Positions 6,877 through 16,051 of a stretch of 40,621 nt of DNA are shown piece by piece. The notes beneath the pieces were generated by a model that was not told the origin of the DNA, did not search any database, and worked only from the letters and a program-made list of their open reading frames with translations. The stretch is from positions 1 to 40,621 of IMG/VR virus record IMGVR_UViG_3300017658_000006; one strand, given 5' to 3'. The stretch comes from a virus. Its lineage: Duplodnaviria > Caudoviricetes. A program made the translations under genes and the position numbers. How positions within the stretch are numbered: the stretch's first letter is position 1; every line of letters starts with the position of its first letter.

Positions 6877-8154
6877 CTACTCCTTCACCCGGAACCACTT
6901 GCCGTTCTGCTGGACGTAGTAGTTCCCGTCCGGGGCAAGTTCAGCCATCATGTCCTTGCCGCCGATGTTCATGCTCTTGGTCTTCGGCCTCGGTCCATCC
7001 TTCGCGGGAGGCGTTGCCGATGCAGGCATGCCCCCACTGACCCGCGCTCGCGCCGCCTCCATGTCCCGCATGATGCGGTCGATGGATTCCCGGAATGCCT
7101 TCTCCCCCATGTTGGGGTCCAGGGCGCCGACAGCAGCAGTGAGCTTTCGCCCCTCAGCGTCGGAAAGAGCGCCCATCCCCTTGAGCTGAGCCACCATCGG
7201 GACGAATGCCTGCGACTTGAACGTTTCCAGTTCAGCCTGGAAGTTGGCCGAATCGCTCCCCGGCATTGTGGGCAACTTGCTCATCACCCCAACCGAGCGC
7301 TTCAGGCCGGGATGCTTCGCCAGCCGGTCCAGCGTGCCCAGCATGGTGTCGAAGCTGGCGATCTGCCCACCTTTGGCGAGGTCTGCCGCGCGCTGCTTTT
7401 CCTCGCGCTTCAGGTTGTTCTCTTCGACCTTCGTCGCGTTGAACTCGCGCGCCCGCTCATCGACCATCCGGGCATTCGCAGCCGAATTGGCAATGGTCGC
7501 AGCGTTGTTCGCCCGGGAGGTCTCGGCCGACAGCAGCGCTTCAGGACTGGCCGTCTTCTGCATGGACGCGCCAACAGTCACCTCCCCCGTCAGAGGGTTG
7601 GTGCGCTGGGTCTGCTTCGTGCCGCCGAGGTCCACCGTTTCAAACTTGCCAAGCACCTTCTCGGCGTCCGCACCCCAGCCCATCGCCAGTTGCCGCAGGG
7701 CATTGGGATCATTGCGAGCGGCGTACACCTTGGCCTTCGCGTCATCGACCATCTGTTGCGGCAGCCCGTACTGCTTCGCTGCGGTCTCGATGGTGCCGAT
7801 GGCGTTCGCCTCAGTCGGGTTCGCCATGATCATTGCGGCGCCCTGCTTCATGCCTTCGGCGACGAGCTTGCCCTGTTCGGCTTTGGCCTTCTGCTGTTCG
7901 GCCTGGAATTTCTGCGCCTCCATCGCCTGCTTTCCCAGCCCACGCGTGCGCAATCCCGTCACAAGGTCGTCGCCAGTCGCACCCGAACGGAGAACTTCCC
8001 GATAAGCTTGGTCGTCAGCAATCCCTTGCTGTGCTTGCTGCAACTGCAGCATCCGCATCTGGCGGACAGCCTGTTCCTCGGCGATCTCGTCGGGCGTCTT
8101 GAGGGGCGTGACGCCCTTGCCTGCCTGGAGAATGATTGAAGGATCGAGTGCCAT
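6877..8154 (-). CDS. DNA-ejection protein (gp20-position)
   Basis: MALDPSI start, Q/A-rich helical composition, GALSDAEG motif, synteny. Confidence 0.75.
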   Translation of the reverse strand: MALDPSIILQAGKGVTPLKTPDEIAEEQAVRQMRMLQLQQAQQGIADDQAYREVLRSGATGDDLVTGLRTRGLGKQAMEAQKFQAEQQKAKAEQGKLVAEGMKQGAAMIMANPTEANAIGTIETAAKQYGLPQQMVDDAKAKVYAARNDPNALRQLAMGWGADAEKVLGKFETVDLGGTKQTQRTNPLTGEVTVGASMQKTASPEALLSAETSRANNAATIANSAANARMVDERAREFNATKVEENNLKREEKQRAADLAKGGQIASFDTMLGTLDRLAKHPGLKRSVGVMSKLPTMPGSDSANFQAELETFKSQAFVPMVAQLKGMGALSDAEGRKLTAAVGALDPNMGEKAFRESIDRIMRDMEAARARVSGGMPASATPPAKDGPRPKTKSMNIGGKDMMAELAPDGNYYVQQNGKWFRVKE

Positions 8155-9371
8155 CAGCCGGTCCATCCCATTTGCGAGTTGAGGCTTCCAATCGGGTCAC
8201 TGCTACCGTTTGCCAGAAGCAGGTTCCAGCCGCCAACCGATTGAGTTCCTCGGTTCAAGGAGCCGCCTAGCGCATTGGCCGCCGTGTTCAGACCGTTCTG
8301 CCAAGCATTCCCCGAAGCGATGGACGCGGCGGCGTTTGCGTTCCCGGTTGCCAGCATGTTGTTGGACACATTGTTCGCAACCTGCTGGTTGTTGCTTCCG
8401 ACCTGTGCCGCCGAGTTCTGGCCCATCTGGGATGTTCCGCTCAGGAAGTTGTAGATCCGGTTGCGGTTGTCGTTGTAGGCCCCGAGGTTGGTGTTCCACT
8501 CGTTCAGCCGGTTCGTCAGGTTCGTCTGGTAGGTGTTGAACGAACGGTTGTATGCGTCGTTGAACTTCGTTCCAGCGTAGTCCTCATTGAACCGGGTCAA
8601 CTCCTTCATGGCAGCACCAGACAGGAAGTTGCCCCGAGCCGCTTGAGCACGTTCTATGCCCTGAGTCCCCTGGTTCAGGCCGAACTGGTAGCCGGGCTCG
8701 TTCTGCAGGTCCTCGCCCGTGAAACTAAACGGGTCGCCAACCTCGAATTCAGCGCCGTCGCGATATGGTCTCAGCAGGGAGCCATACAGAGGGTCCTTCG
8801 CCGCGGCGGCTTGTAGCGCCTCCTGCTCGGCGTAGTATTGCTGGATGGCGGCGTTCAGGCCCTCCTCGTCGATCACATCGCGAGTCGTGGGCTGAGCTTG
8901 TCCATAGACGGGAGTACGGTACTCATCGATCCCTGATCCATGCGAGGTGTAGCCGATGATCCCAGGCTGGACGTATTGCTCGCCGGGCTTGGAGCCCATC
9001 CCCGTCAGCGTGGCGCTGTACCGCCCGGAACCACGCGCAGTCCCGTCCTGCGGATTGAGTGTTTCCGTGGACGTGTACCGAGACAGAAGTTGCTGGCGAA
9101 CCTGATCCGGCGTCAGGCCGGTCTGCAGGCCCATGCTGGTCACACCAGACGAACCGATGCCCAAACCGAGGTAGCGCGACAGCAGGTCCTGCGCCCCGGC
9201 CCCAGCCTCCGTCCACGGCTTCAGGTCTTCGCGCATCTGCGCCTGGGCCATCATCTGCGCCATCGTGGCCATGTCGGAGGCGCCGCTTTGCGCCGCCGCC
9301 GCATTGCTCGCCGAATTGGCGTTGATCGCGGCGCCCGCAACACCAGCGACCGCACCGATTGCTGCAACCAT
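8154..9371 (-). CDS. DNA-ejection/pilot protein (gp7-like)
   Basis: Hydrophobic Ala/Gly N-terminus; PGYQFGLNQG..SGAAMKEL motif. Confidence 0.8.
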   Translation of the reverse strand: MVAAIGAVAGVAGAAINANSASNAAAAQSGASDMATMAQMMAQAQMREDLKPWTEAGAGAQDLLSRYLGLGIGSSGVTSMGLQTGLTPDQVRQQLLSRYTSTETLNPQDGTARGSGRYSATLTGMGSKPGEQYVQPGIIGYTSHGSGIDEYRTPVYGQAQPTTRDVIDEEGLNAAIQQYYAEQEALQAAAAKDPLYGSLLRPYRDGAEFEVGDPFSFTGEDLQNEPGYQFGLNQGTQGIERAQAARGNFLSGAAMKELTRFNEDYAGTKFNDAYNRSFNTYQTNLTNRLNEWNTNLGAYNDNRNRIYNFLSGTSQMGQNSAAQVGSNNQQVANNVSNNMLATGNANAAASIASGNAWQNGLNTAANALGGSLNRGTQSVGGWNLLLANGSSDPIGSLNSQMGWTG

Positions 9372-9372
9372 G

Positions 9373-9828
9373 CTACCCCCCAATCACCTTCGTGTAGAGC
9401 ATTTCCGTAGGCGTCCAGCCCATGAATTCAAACAGCGGACCAGCGTCAAGCGACAGCTTCGTTCCCGTGAACATTTTTTGCACACCCCTTGCCTTCAGAG
9501 TCTTCTCGACGAACTGGAAAAGCCGCAGAGGTGTTCGCCCCGTTCGGTGTTCAGGCGCTATGTAGTAGATGTCCGTGAACGCGCTGAGACTGTCCCGATA
9601 GTGCAAATGCGGGCGAACCACAGAGAAGTGATAGCCCACGACCGCCCCTTGCTTTCGGGCAACAACAATGTGGAGCATGCCGCTGCGGGCATAGCTGTCG
9701 TAAGTCTCGAAGTCCGGAGCCAGCTTGATCACATCCTTGTTGAGGGCGACTTCCTCCCAATGCGCAGGCCACAGATGGGCCATCTGCGCACGGACAGCAA
9801 ACCAATCCTCGACAGCGAAGGTGATCAT
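9373..9828 (-). CDS. GNAT-family acetyltransferase
   Basis: VVGY..DIYYIAPEHRTG..LF..G acyl-CoA binding pattern. Confidence 0.8.
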   Translation of the reverse strand: MITFAVEDWFAVRAQMAHLWPAHWEEVALNKDVIKLAPDFETYDSYARSGMLHIVVARKQGAVVGYHFSVVRPHLHYRDSLSAFTDIYYIAPEHRTGRTPLRLFQFVEKTLKARGVQKMFTGTKLSLDAGPLFEFMGWTPTEMLYTKVIGG

Positions 9829-10415
9829 GCGCAGCGAATGTCAATGACCATGTGGATTCGCTCCACAGGGCTGTTGTTGATGACCTCGTGCTCCGGGCGC
9901 CCCTCCTCTTGGTCGCCCTTGCCGTTGTTGAACCACCAGATGTCCCCGGGCGCCATCCATACCTGCTCATCCCCCGCGGAGAACACCACCCCGGGCGCGC
10001 TTTGCAGGCAGATGTGATGGCGCTCCCAGTAGTTGGCGTGGGCCAGGGTATCAGCGTGCTTGAAGATGCGACCTCCCGGCTGCACGCGGTTGATGATTAC
10101 CCGGCCCAGGCGGGTCCCCCTCACGTACGCCATGAGATTCATCACCAGATCGCGGGCCTCGGGCAGCTTGTCGTAGACCGCCAGATCAACGCATTCATGC
10201 TGATCGATCTCACGAAGGTAGCGCTCCCGCTCCTCTTCCGTCTTCGGCACGTGGCGAGGCGGGAATCGCAGAATGATGCTGTCCGTCTCCCCGAACGGGC
10301 CTTGCGGGAAGGTGCGCAGATACGTGTCTTCATGCCACCACCCGGGGTTTCGTGCCAGCTTCGCCATCAGCGGACCGACGTTCACGCCGGAAGCGATCTT
10401 GTGGAAGTTCTTCAT
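9825..10415 (-). CDS. Aspartyl/asparaginyl beta-hydroxylase-family 2OG-Fe(II) oxygenase
   Basis: PGGRIFKHAD (HxD), GDIWWFNN, HEVINNSPVERIHMVID (distal His, Arg). Confidence 0.9.
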   Translation of the reverse strand: MKNFHKIASGVNVGPLMAKLARNPGWWHEDTYLRTFPQGPFGETDSIILRFPPRHVPKTEEERERYLREIDQHECVDLAVYDKLPEARDLVMNLMAYVRGTRLGRVIINRVQPGGRIFKHADTLAHANYWERHHICLQSAPGVVFSAGDEQVWMAPGDIWWFNNGKGDQEEGRPEHEVINNSPVERIHMVIDIRCA

Positions 10416-10669
10416 ACGGGAGCGCCGGTGGCATCGCACCACACAACGGTAGGTTTGACTTGCTGGACCCAAATGGGGATTCCCAGGTCCGTGTCGAAGT
10501 AGTAGCGCCCGATCCACAGGAGGGTGGCGGGCCGCTGCGCGCTAGGGCCGCTGTCCTGCAGCGTCCTGGCGAGGTTGTGGATGCGCTGAATCCATTGCCC
10601 CCAGGGAATCGTGAGCCTACCGTCCTCGGTGACGATGGGCGTATCCGTTGGGTAGTCGAAGTTCGCCAT
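10412..10669 (-). CDS. Small tail-associated protein
   Basis: RP...GRYYFDTDLGIPIW...WCDATG motif; gp26 position after gp10. Confidence 0.65.
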   Translation of the reverse strand: MANFDYPTDTPIVTEDGRLTIPWGQWIQRIHNLARTLQDSGPSAQRPATLLWIGRYYFDTDLGIPIWVQQVKPTVVWCDATGAPV

Positions 10670-10670
10670 G

Positions 10671-12077
10671 TCAGCGGCCCATGCGACCCCATGCAGCCAC
10701 GAAGACAGGCTTCACGGGGTCAGTAATACGGAACTTGAAGAGCCAGTCCCTCGATCGGCCGAGGCGCCTCCAGACGGCCCTGCGCTTGTACTCGCCCTGC
10801 TTGCCCATCGGCACCCAATACTCATTTCCCCAGGTATGGCCTCCGTCCTTGGAGACCTGCATCATTGCCATTGGATTTGCCCCCTGGCCCGTCAGCGTGC
10901 CAACCCCCGCCTCAAACTCCAGCCACACCTCATCGAAGCTGGTGAACTCGCCCAGTGCCTGATGTCGGGTTATCAGTTCCCTGGCGATCTGCGCTCCGTC
11001 ATCGGTGTAGAGCCCATCCTGAAAGTAGTACAGCTTCCCGTTCTCGTGGTCCGCCACGTAGGACCTATCGAGGAAGTTGATCTGCATGTCGGCCCGGTGT
11101 CGCCCACCAGAGGACTCGACCTTGCTCCATGCCTTGGTGAGCCCGTCGTACAGCCACGATTCATCGGCAGATGGAAAGTTGATCTGGTACAGCGGATGGC
11201 CCGAGACCATGTACGAAAACGCCGTAGCGTTCTCCACCGCAGGGTACTTGGAGAAGATGTAGTCCATCTCCGGATTCGAGACCGGAGTCGCGGTGTACCC
11301 GGACAGCGTGCATACCTGTACTGCCCCAAGCCTGTTGCGCCGCAGAAAGATCAACGAATCCATGAACTTCGCCAGAGTCCACCGAGCAGCCAGGCCCCAC
11401 TCGATGGCCGATGCGCCAACTCTGGCGAAGGGGAAGTCCAGTGCCCCTGAATCCCCCCAGAACTCCGTCGTCTCCGGGCCGAACAGGCAGAGCTGTCCGT
11501 TGTCAGCCATGACCCGGATCAGGTTGTCCGGGTTGGACTCGGCGGTGGCGAAATCCAGCGCCGCCCAGGTCGTCCCGTCGTACAGTGCCGAGCAGTAGAA
11601 CCGGCCTGAATCCGGCTGAGTCACCACGAAGTAGCCGTTCAGAAAGGTGACAGTATCCGCCCCGGGCCAGTTGGGACTCGTGATCTGGCTGAAGGTTGAA
11701 GTGCCTGTGTCGTAGATATAGCCGTTCGGGCCATCAACCACGATGATCTGCGTCCCGTTGTCGCTGATATCCACGCGGCCCGCGGACGTCAGAAGGGTGC
11801 CCAAGTCCGTCAACGATCCATCGTTCGCCACTCGCCAGAGCGTGAAGCGGTTGACGACATAGAGCGCATCCCCCTTGCGGTAGATGCCTCGGCATGGATA
11901 GGCACCGAAGTTGACGAAAGTCAGTAGTCCAGGCGTCGGGTACAGCGTCAGGTTGCCCTTCTCAGCGTCATGCTGCACCTCGACATAGAGGTTCGTGCGC
12001 TTCTGGGCATCGACATTGACCGATTTGCCGACATTCCCGAGCCCGAAGAGCGGAACAGGACCGAGCCTAGTAGCCAT
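10671..12077 (-). CDS. P22 gp10-like tail hub / packaged DNA stabilisation protein
   Basis: ATAESNPD, SKDGGHTWGN, WRRLGRSR..FRITDPV; 468 aa. Confidence 0.9.
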   Translation of the reverse strand: MATRLGPVPLFGLGNVGKSVNVDAQKRTNLYVEVQHDAEKGNLTLYPTPGLLTFVNFGAYPCRGIYRKGDALYVVNRFTLWRVANDGSLTDLGTLLTSAGRVDISDNGTQIIVVDGPNGYIYDTGTSTFSQITSPNWPGADTVTFLNGYFVVTQPDSGRFYCSALYDGTTWAALDFATAESNPDNLIRVMADNGQLCLFGPETTEFWGDSGALDFPFARVGASAIEWGLAARWTLAKFMDSLIFLRRNRLGAVQVCTLSGYTATPVSNPEMDYIFSKYPAVENATAFSYMVSGHPLYQINFPSADESWLYDGLTKAWSKVESSGGRHRADMQINFLDRSYVADHENGKLYYFQDGLYTDDGAQIARELITRHQALGEFTSFDEVWLEFEAGVGTLTGQGANPMAMMQVSKDGGHTWGNEYWVPMGKQGEYKRRAVWRRLGRSRDWLFKFRITDPVKPVFVAAWGRMGR

Positions 12078-12780
12078 CGCTCAGGATGTTGTAGGAGCCC
12101 ATCTTGAACCGGGACGCCAAGAAGGAGGCGTCAACATGCCGGGTCTGAGCTTGGGCGTTGAACCGCTTCAGTCGTGCAATGGCGTTGGAGGCCGACTGCA
12201 CCACCAGCGGCGAGATATCGGTGTTGAAGGCTTGCGCCAACTCAACCGCCAGCGAATCGACCATCGCCTTCCGATATCCCATCGGAAGATCGATCTGCGT
12301 CGTGAGAGAGGGGAACTGTTGCAAAGGCGTTGTGAACCGCAGCACGACATTGGCAGCCCCCACGGGCCAGAAGTGCAGCGTCCCCAATGGGTAGGTGCGC
12401 TCGTACCAAACAGCCTGCGGCCAGGGGGTCGCAAGACCCTTCATTTGGATGTTGTCGTACTGCTGCCCGTTATCCAGAATCTGAATGGGGTAGCTCACCG
12501 CATCCACTTGGGCGTAGGCCGACACCAGCGCATTCGGCCGGATGGGCATGTTGAACACCCCACCAGGCCCCACGGTGTACGACAGGGCGCCCGTCGTCGC
12601 GAAGGAATGCGCTTCCTCGACGAACACGAACAGACGATCCAGGGACCACGAATCGAGCATGAGGTTCAGCGTGTCCAGGGACATCTGAGCATCCTCATCG
12701 GACAGGATGTCACCCGTGCCAAGGACCCGCGCCTTTGCAAGCGCAGCCTTGATGAGGTCGATTGCCGTCGTCGTCGCCAT
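12067..12780 (-). CDS. P22 gp4-like head-tail connector
   Basis: TAIDLIKAAL..LDTLNLMLDSW..LAVELA; directly upstream of gp10. Confidence 0.75.
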   Translation of the reverse strand: MATTTAIDLIKAALAKARVLGTGDILSDEDAQMSLDTLNLMLDSWSLDRLFVFVEEAHSFATTGALSYTVGPGGVFNMPIRPNALVSAYAQVDAVSYPIQILDNGQQYDNIQMKGLATPWPQAVWYERTYPLGTLHFWPVGAANVVLRFTTPLQQFPSLTTQIDLPMGYRKAMVDSLAVELAQAFNTDISPLVVQSASNAIARLKRFNAQAQTRHVDASFLASRFKMGSYNILSDGY

Positions 12781-12783
12781 GCT

Positions 12784-13008
12784 CTATTCCTTTGGACGCA
12801 AGCAGTACTCACAACGGCAATTCGCTCTCGACAAGGGCGCTCCGCAACCGTCACACGCGACTTGTCTTGAAGGGAGATTCGCTAGGCCCCAACCAGCGCC
12901 AGTCTGACTGTAGGCGCCAATCTGTCCGTAGAACGGCGCGGGTTTCGAGTGTGCATTCACGTTTTGAGCCAGCACTGATCCCATCGCCGCTACTACCGCC
13001 GACCACAT
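12784..13008 (-). CDS. Small protein with C-terminal zinc ribbon
   Basis: CDGCGAP..CRCEYC; fills the gap between neighbours. Confidence 0.55.
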   Translation of the reverse strand: MWSAVVAAMGSVLAQNVNAHSKPAPFYGQIGAYSQTGAGWGLANLPSRQVACDGCGAPLSRANCRCEYCLRPKE

Positions 13009-13010
13009 GG

Positions 13011-13250
13011 CTACGCCACCTTCTTCGGACGCCCGGGCTTGCGCTTGGCGACTTCTTCGGCGATCTGCTCGACATCGACTGCCTTGGGCACGAAGGCCAC
13101 GTTCCGATAGGTCGGCGCCTTCACCGGGTCAAACCCTTCGGGCACCTTGTCGGACCATCCCGAATCAAGCATCGAGTCCTCTTCCGGAGACAGGATCACC
13201 ACGCTGGAGCCGTCCTGATGGAAGCGAAATGCGGGGTAGTTATGCTTCAT
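13011..13250 (-). CDS. Small head-region protein with basic tail
   Basis: KRKPGRPKK C-terminus, GGAGG RBS. Confidence 0.7.
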   Translation of the reverse strand: MKHNYPAFRFHQDGSSVVILSPEEDSMLDSGWSDKVPEGFDPVKAPTYRNVAFVPKAVDVEQIAEEVAKRKPGRPKKVA

Positions 13251-13545
13251 CTGCCACCTCCACAGCACCGACCCACTCCGTCTTTACCGGAGCCTCCTCG
13301 ACGAACATCACGTCATCCTCTCGGATGAGAACCCCGTCTTCGCACGGCTTGCCGCACGAGTCGGAGAAGTGGACGATCTCACCCAGGGCGACGGCATCAA
13401 CCTCCGGCCCAATGGCGAGAACAGTCCCCTTGGTCGCCAGCAGCCCATTACCCCACCGCGACATCACTTCAGGCGTCCAGATGACATCCGAGCGGGTATC
13501 GATGATGGGAGAAATGAGGATTCGGTTTCCAAGGGGTCTGATCAC
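13240..13545 (-). CDS. groES: GroES/Cpn10-like co-chaperonin
   Basis: MIRPLGNRILI..KGTVLAIGP..VALGEIVHF..LIREDDV matches the Cpn10 pattern. Confidence 0.8.
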   Translation of the reverse strand: MIRPLGNRILISPIIDTRSDVIWTPEVMSRWGNGLLATKGTVLAIGPEVDAVALGEIVHFSDSCGKPCEDGVLIREDDVMFVEEAPVKTEWVGAVEVADEA

Positions 13546-13868
13546 GACATCACCTTGTTCGAAGGGCCATCCCGGCGAACGATGGCGAAGGTGTAGGTCT
13601 GCGATGCGGTCGGCGTGATGGCGCCGCTCGTGGCATTGATGAACACCACAGACACCTGATCTGCGGCGGACACCCGGGCGCCACCGAGCGCCAGGCCGGC
13701 CTGCGCGGTCGGCTTGGTCACACTGAGCACGAAGTCCGTGCCGAGTTGCACGCCGGGCACCGTGAAGGCGCGCTCAGCGGTCGTATTGGCTGCCACCTGG
13801 GCGGGGCTGGCGACCACATCCACAAGCACCAGCTTGTTGACGTTGCCGCGGGGGATCATGGAACTCAT
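13542..13868 (-). CDS. Putative capsid decoration/virion protein
   Basis: 108 aa, beta-rich, directly after the coat gene. Confidence 0.6.
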   Translation of the reverse strand: MSSMIPRGNVNKLVLVDVVASPAQVAANTTAERAFTVPGVQLGTDFVLSVTKPTAQAGLALGGARVSAADQVSVVFINATSGAITPTASQTYTFAIVRRDGPSNKVMS

Positions 13869-13885
13869 GGATGGTCCTTTCAGGC

Positions 13886-13910
13886 AAGAAAAAAGGCCCC
13901 GAAGGGCCTT
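13886..13910 (-). terminator. Intrinsic terminator after the coat gene
   Basis: AAGGCCC-TTCG-GGGCCTT followed by a T tract on the minus strand. Confidence 0.8.
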
Positions 13911-13930
13911 GATTCATCTGCTGGAGCGGA

Positions 13931-15196
13931 TTACTCCGTCACCCGGCACGACAGCTGCGGGTACAGCGGGGCGACACCCCACAGCACGTCCGTGCGCGTC
14001 GGCAGGTCATCGCTGCCGATACGGTACTGGCGCACCGCGCGGATCGAGATGCCCTTGTGCTGCACGCGCGCCTTCCAGTCCACACCGTCAGGCATGATCA
14101 GGTCGGCAGTGCCCAGCATGAACGCGTCCTTGTGCAGGACGAAGTTCTGCCGGTAGCCAGTCGCAGCAGTACCCACCACCGTCAGCGGCGTGTTCGTCGG
14201 GATGTCGTTGGTCACGGACGTGACGTTCTGGAACGGCCCCGAGAAGATCGGCCGCGGCAGGATCTGAACCTCTCCTTCACCGGACGCATCCGACGAGAAG
14301 TTGGCCGTCACCACGAACTGCTGCAGTTGCCCGGTGGACTGCTTGCTCATCGGGTTCACCGCATACACGGTGGCCAGAGTGAACACGTCGCCCACATTCA
14401 GGCGAGCCGCAGCGGCAGCGGTCCAGCCGGTCGTAGCCAAGCCGAACGGCGTCAGCAGGTTGGCACCCGCGGCACCAGTCACGCCCGAGGGAGTCGGAGA
14501 GGCGCTTTGAGCGCCGTCCGTCACCGGCGAGCCACCCAGCGGACCGACCACATGCGTCGGGACGTTCTGGTCCATCGAGAACTTCATCCCGAAGGCTCGG
14601 CCCATGTTGCCGGATCGGTACTGGTTGGCGATGGCATCGGCTTGCTGGAACAGGCCCTTCTGAGCGTCCACGATGGTGGCTTCGGCCATGGGCGACAGGA
14701 TCGCGGCGATCTCGTCATCCACCGGCACCGCCTGGTCCTTGAGCTTCACGCCGGCCTGCAGGTAGGTCAGGCCCGAGTTCGGGATGGAGCCCGGGGTGCC
14801 GACCTGATTCCAGGTGAAGTTCTTCATCGCCTGCAGGACGGTCATGTCCACGCTGTTGGCGATCTTTGCCAGCGCGGGGCGCAGGAAGCGCTCCGAGAAG
14901 TCATCGATGCTCAGCGTCATGTCCGCCGTGGTGAACGCGATATCCACGCCTTCCTGGGTCGTGAGCGTCAGCGGGCGGAAGGTTTCCACCGCATCCTCCA
15001 CCGCCAGGGCGACGGTCTTGCGGCCGACGTACTGAGGCGGAATCCGCACGTTGATCGTCGCGCCGATCTTGGCGCCACGCTGCGCAAACTCGTCGGAATA
15101 CTGACGGTTGATGTTCTTGGCCGCGACCAAGTTGTTCTCCAGGATCCGCGCAGCCTCGCGCGTGATCATGATCGGAGTGAGAAGGTTGTTGGGCAT
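13931..15196 (-). CDS. P22-type major capsid protein
   Basis: MPNNLLT..ITREA..LENNL, RTDVLWG; 421 aa. Confidence 0.92.
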   Translation of the reverse strand: MPNNLLTPIMITREAARILENNLVAAKNINRQYSDEFAQRGAKIGATINVRIPPQYVGRKTVALAVEDAVETFRPLTLTTQEGVDIAFTTADMTLSIDDFSERFLRPALAKIANSVDMTVLQAMKNFTWNQVGTPGSIPNSGLTYLQAGVKLKDQAVPVDDEIAAILSPMAEATIVDAQKGLFQQADAIANQYRSGNMGRAFGMKFSMDQNVPTHVVGPLGGSPVTDGAQSASPTPSGVTGAAGANLLTPFGLATTGWTAAAAARLNVGDVFTLATVYAVNPMSKQSTGQLQQFVVTANFSSDASGEGEVQILPRPIFSGPFQNVTSVTNDIPTNTPLTVVGTAATGYRQNFVLHKDAFMLGTADLIMPDGVDWKARVQHKGISIRAVRQYRIGSDDLPTRTDVLWGVAPLYPQLSCRVTE

Positions 15197-15197
15197 T

Positions 15198-16010
15198 TCA
15201 GGTTCCTCGTGCTTCCCGGACCTGCTTCTCCCGCGCCTTCATCCAGGCTTCGGTGGACATGTTGTCCTGCAGGCCGCTGTTGACGTTCCCCCGCGAATTG
15301 ATGGGTTCCATCGTCTCGCGGGGCTTCTGTTTCGCCGACAACCTGTCTTCGAGCTTGCCGATCTCGGCCACCTGACGGTAGGCAGAGAGTCCGGCGATGC
15401 GCTTGGCCTCAGCCGGGTTCTTCGCGAGCCAGTAGGCGATCTCGTGCCCCATGTCGGAGTCGATCAGGCCGTGGTACATCGGGGAATCGATGGCGATCAC
15501 CCCATCCTCCACAGCCTCGTTGATCACCGCATCGAAGTCGGCGAACTTCTCGTTCCCCTTCTCGATCACGGCCTCAACCTTCGCCCGGAAAGCCTTGCCG
15601 GATTCCTCCTGCTTGGCCTTCTTCGTCTCGGTATCGCGAGCCTCGCGCTCAGCCTGAAGACGCCTCTCCGCGGCCTGTTCAGCCTTGAAGATCGCCCGGG
15701 CCTCAACATAGTCCTCGTATGAGGAGAACTCGCTGCGCTGCGGCTCTTTGCTCGGTTGCTGGTTGTCGGCAGGCTTCGGACTGGTCTTCAGCGCCTCGAT
15801 CTGCTCTCGAAGCTCCTGAATCTGTGCCTGGGCCCTGCGTTCTACCTTCGCAACACGGCGTTGGACCTTCTCATCCAACTCTTGTTGGGTGAAAGTCTTC
15901 TGCTCTTGCTGCGTTTCCTGGCCTTCCGCGCCAGTGGCGGGTTGCTGCGTCGTGTCAGCGGGCAAGTCTTGCCCCTCGGGAAGAAGCCCCGATGCGTTTT
16001 CAGTGGTCAT
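15198..16010 (-). CDS. Scaffolding protein
   Basis: Charged coiled-coil protein between portal and coat. Confidence 0.8.
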   Translation of the reverse strand: MTTENASGLLPEGQDLPADTTQQPATGAEGQETQQEQKTFTQQELDEKVQRRVAKVERRAQAQIQELREQIEALKTSPKPADNQQPSKEPQRSEFSSYEDYVEARAIFKAEQAAERRLQAEREARDTETKKAKQEESGKAFRAKVEAVIEKGNEKFADFDAVINEAVEDGVIAIDSPMYHGLIDSDMGHEIAYWLAKNPAEAKRIAGLSAYRQVAEIGKLEDRLSAKQKPRETMEPINSRGNVNSGLQDNMSTEAWMKAREKQVREARGT

Positions 16011-16051
16011 GATTTCCCGTGAAGGAAGGCCCGGTGAACCCACCGGTAGGT

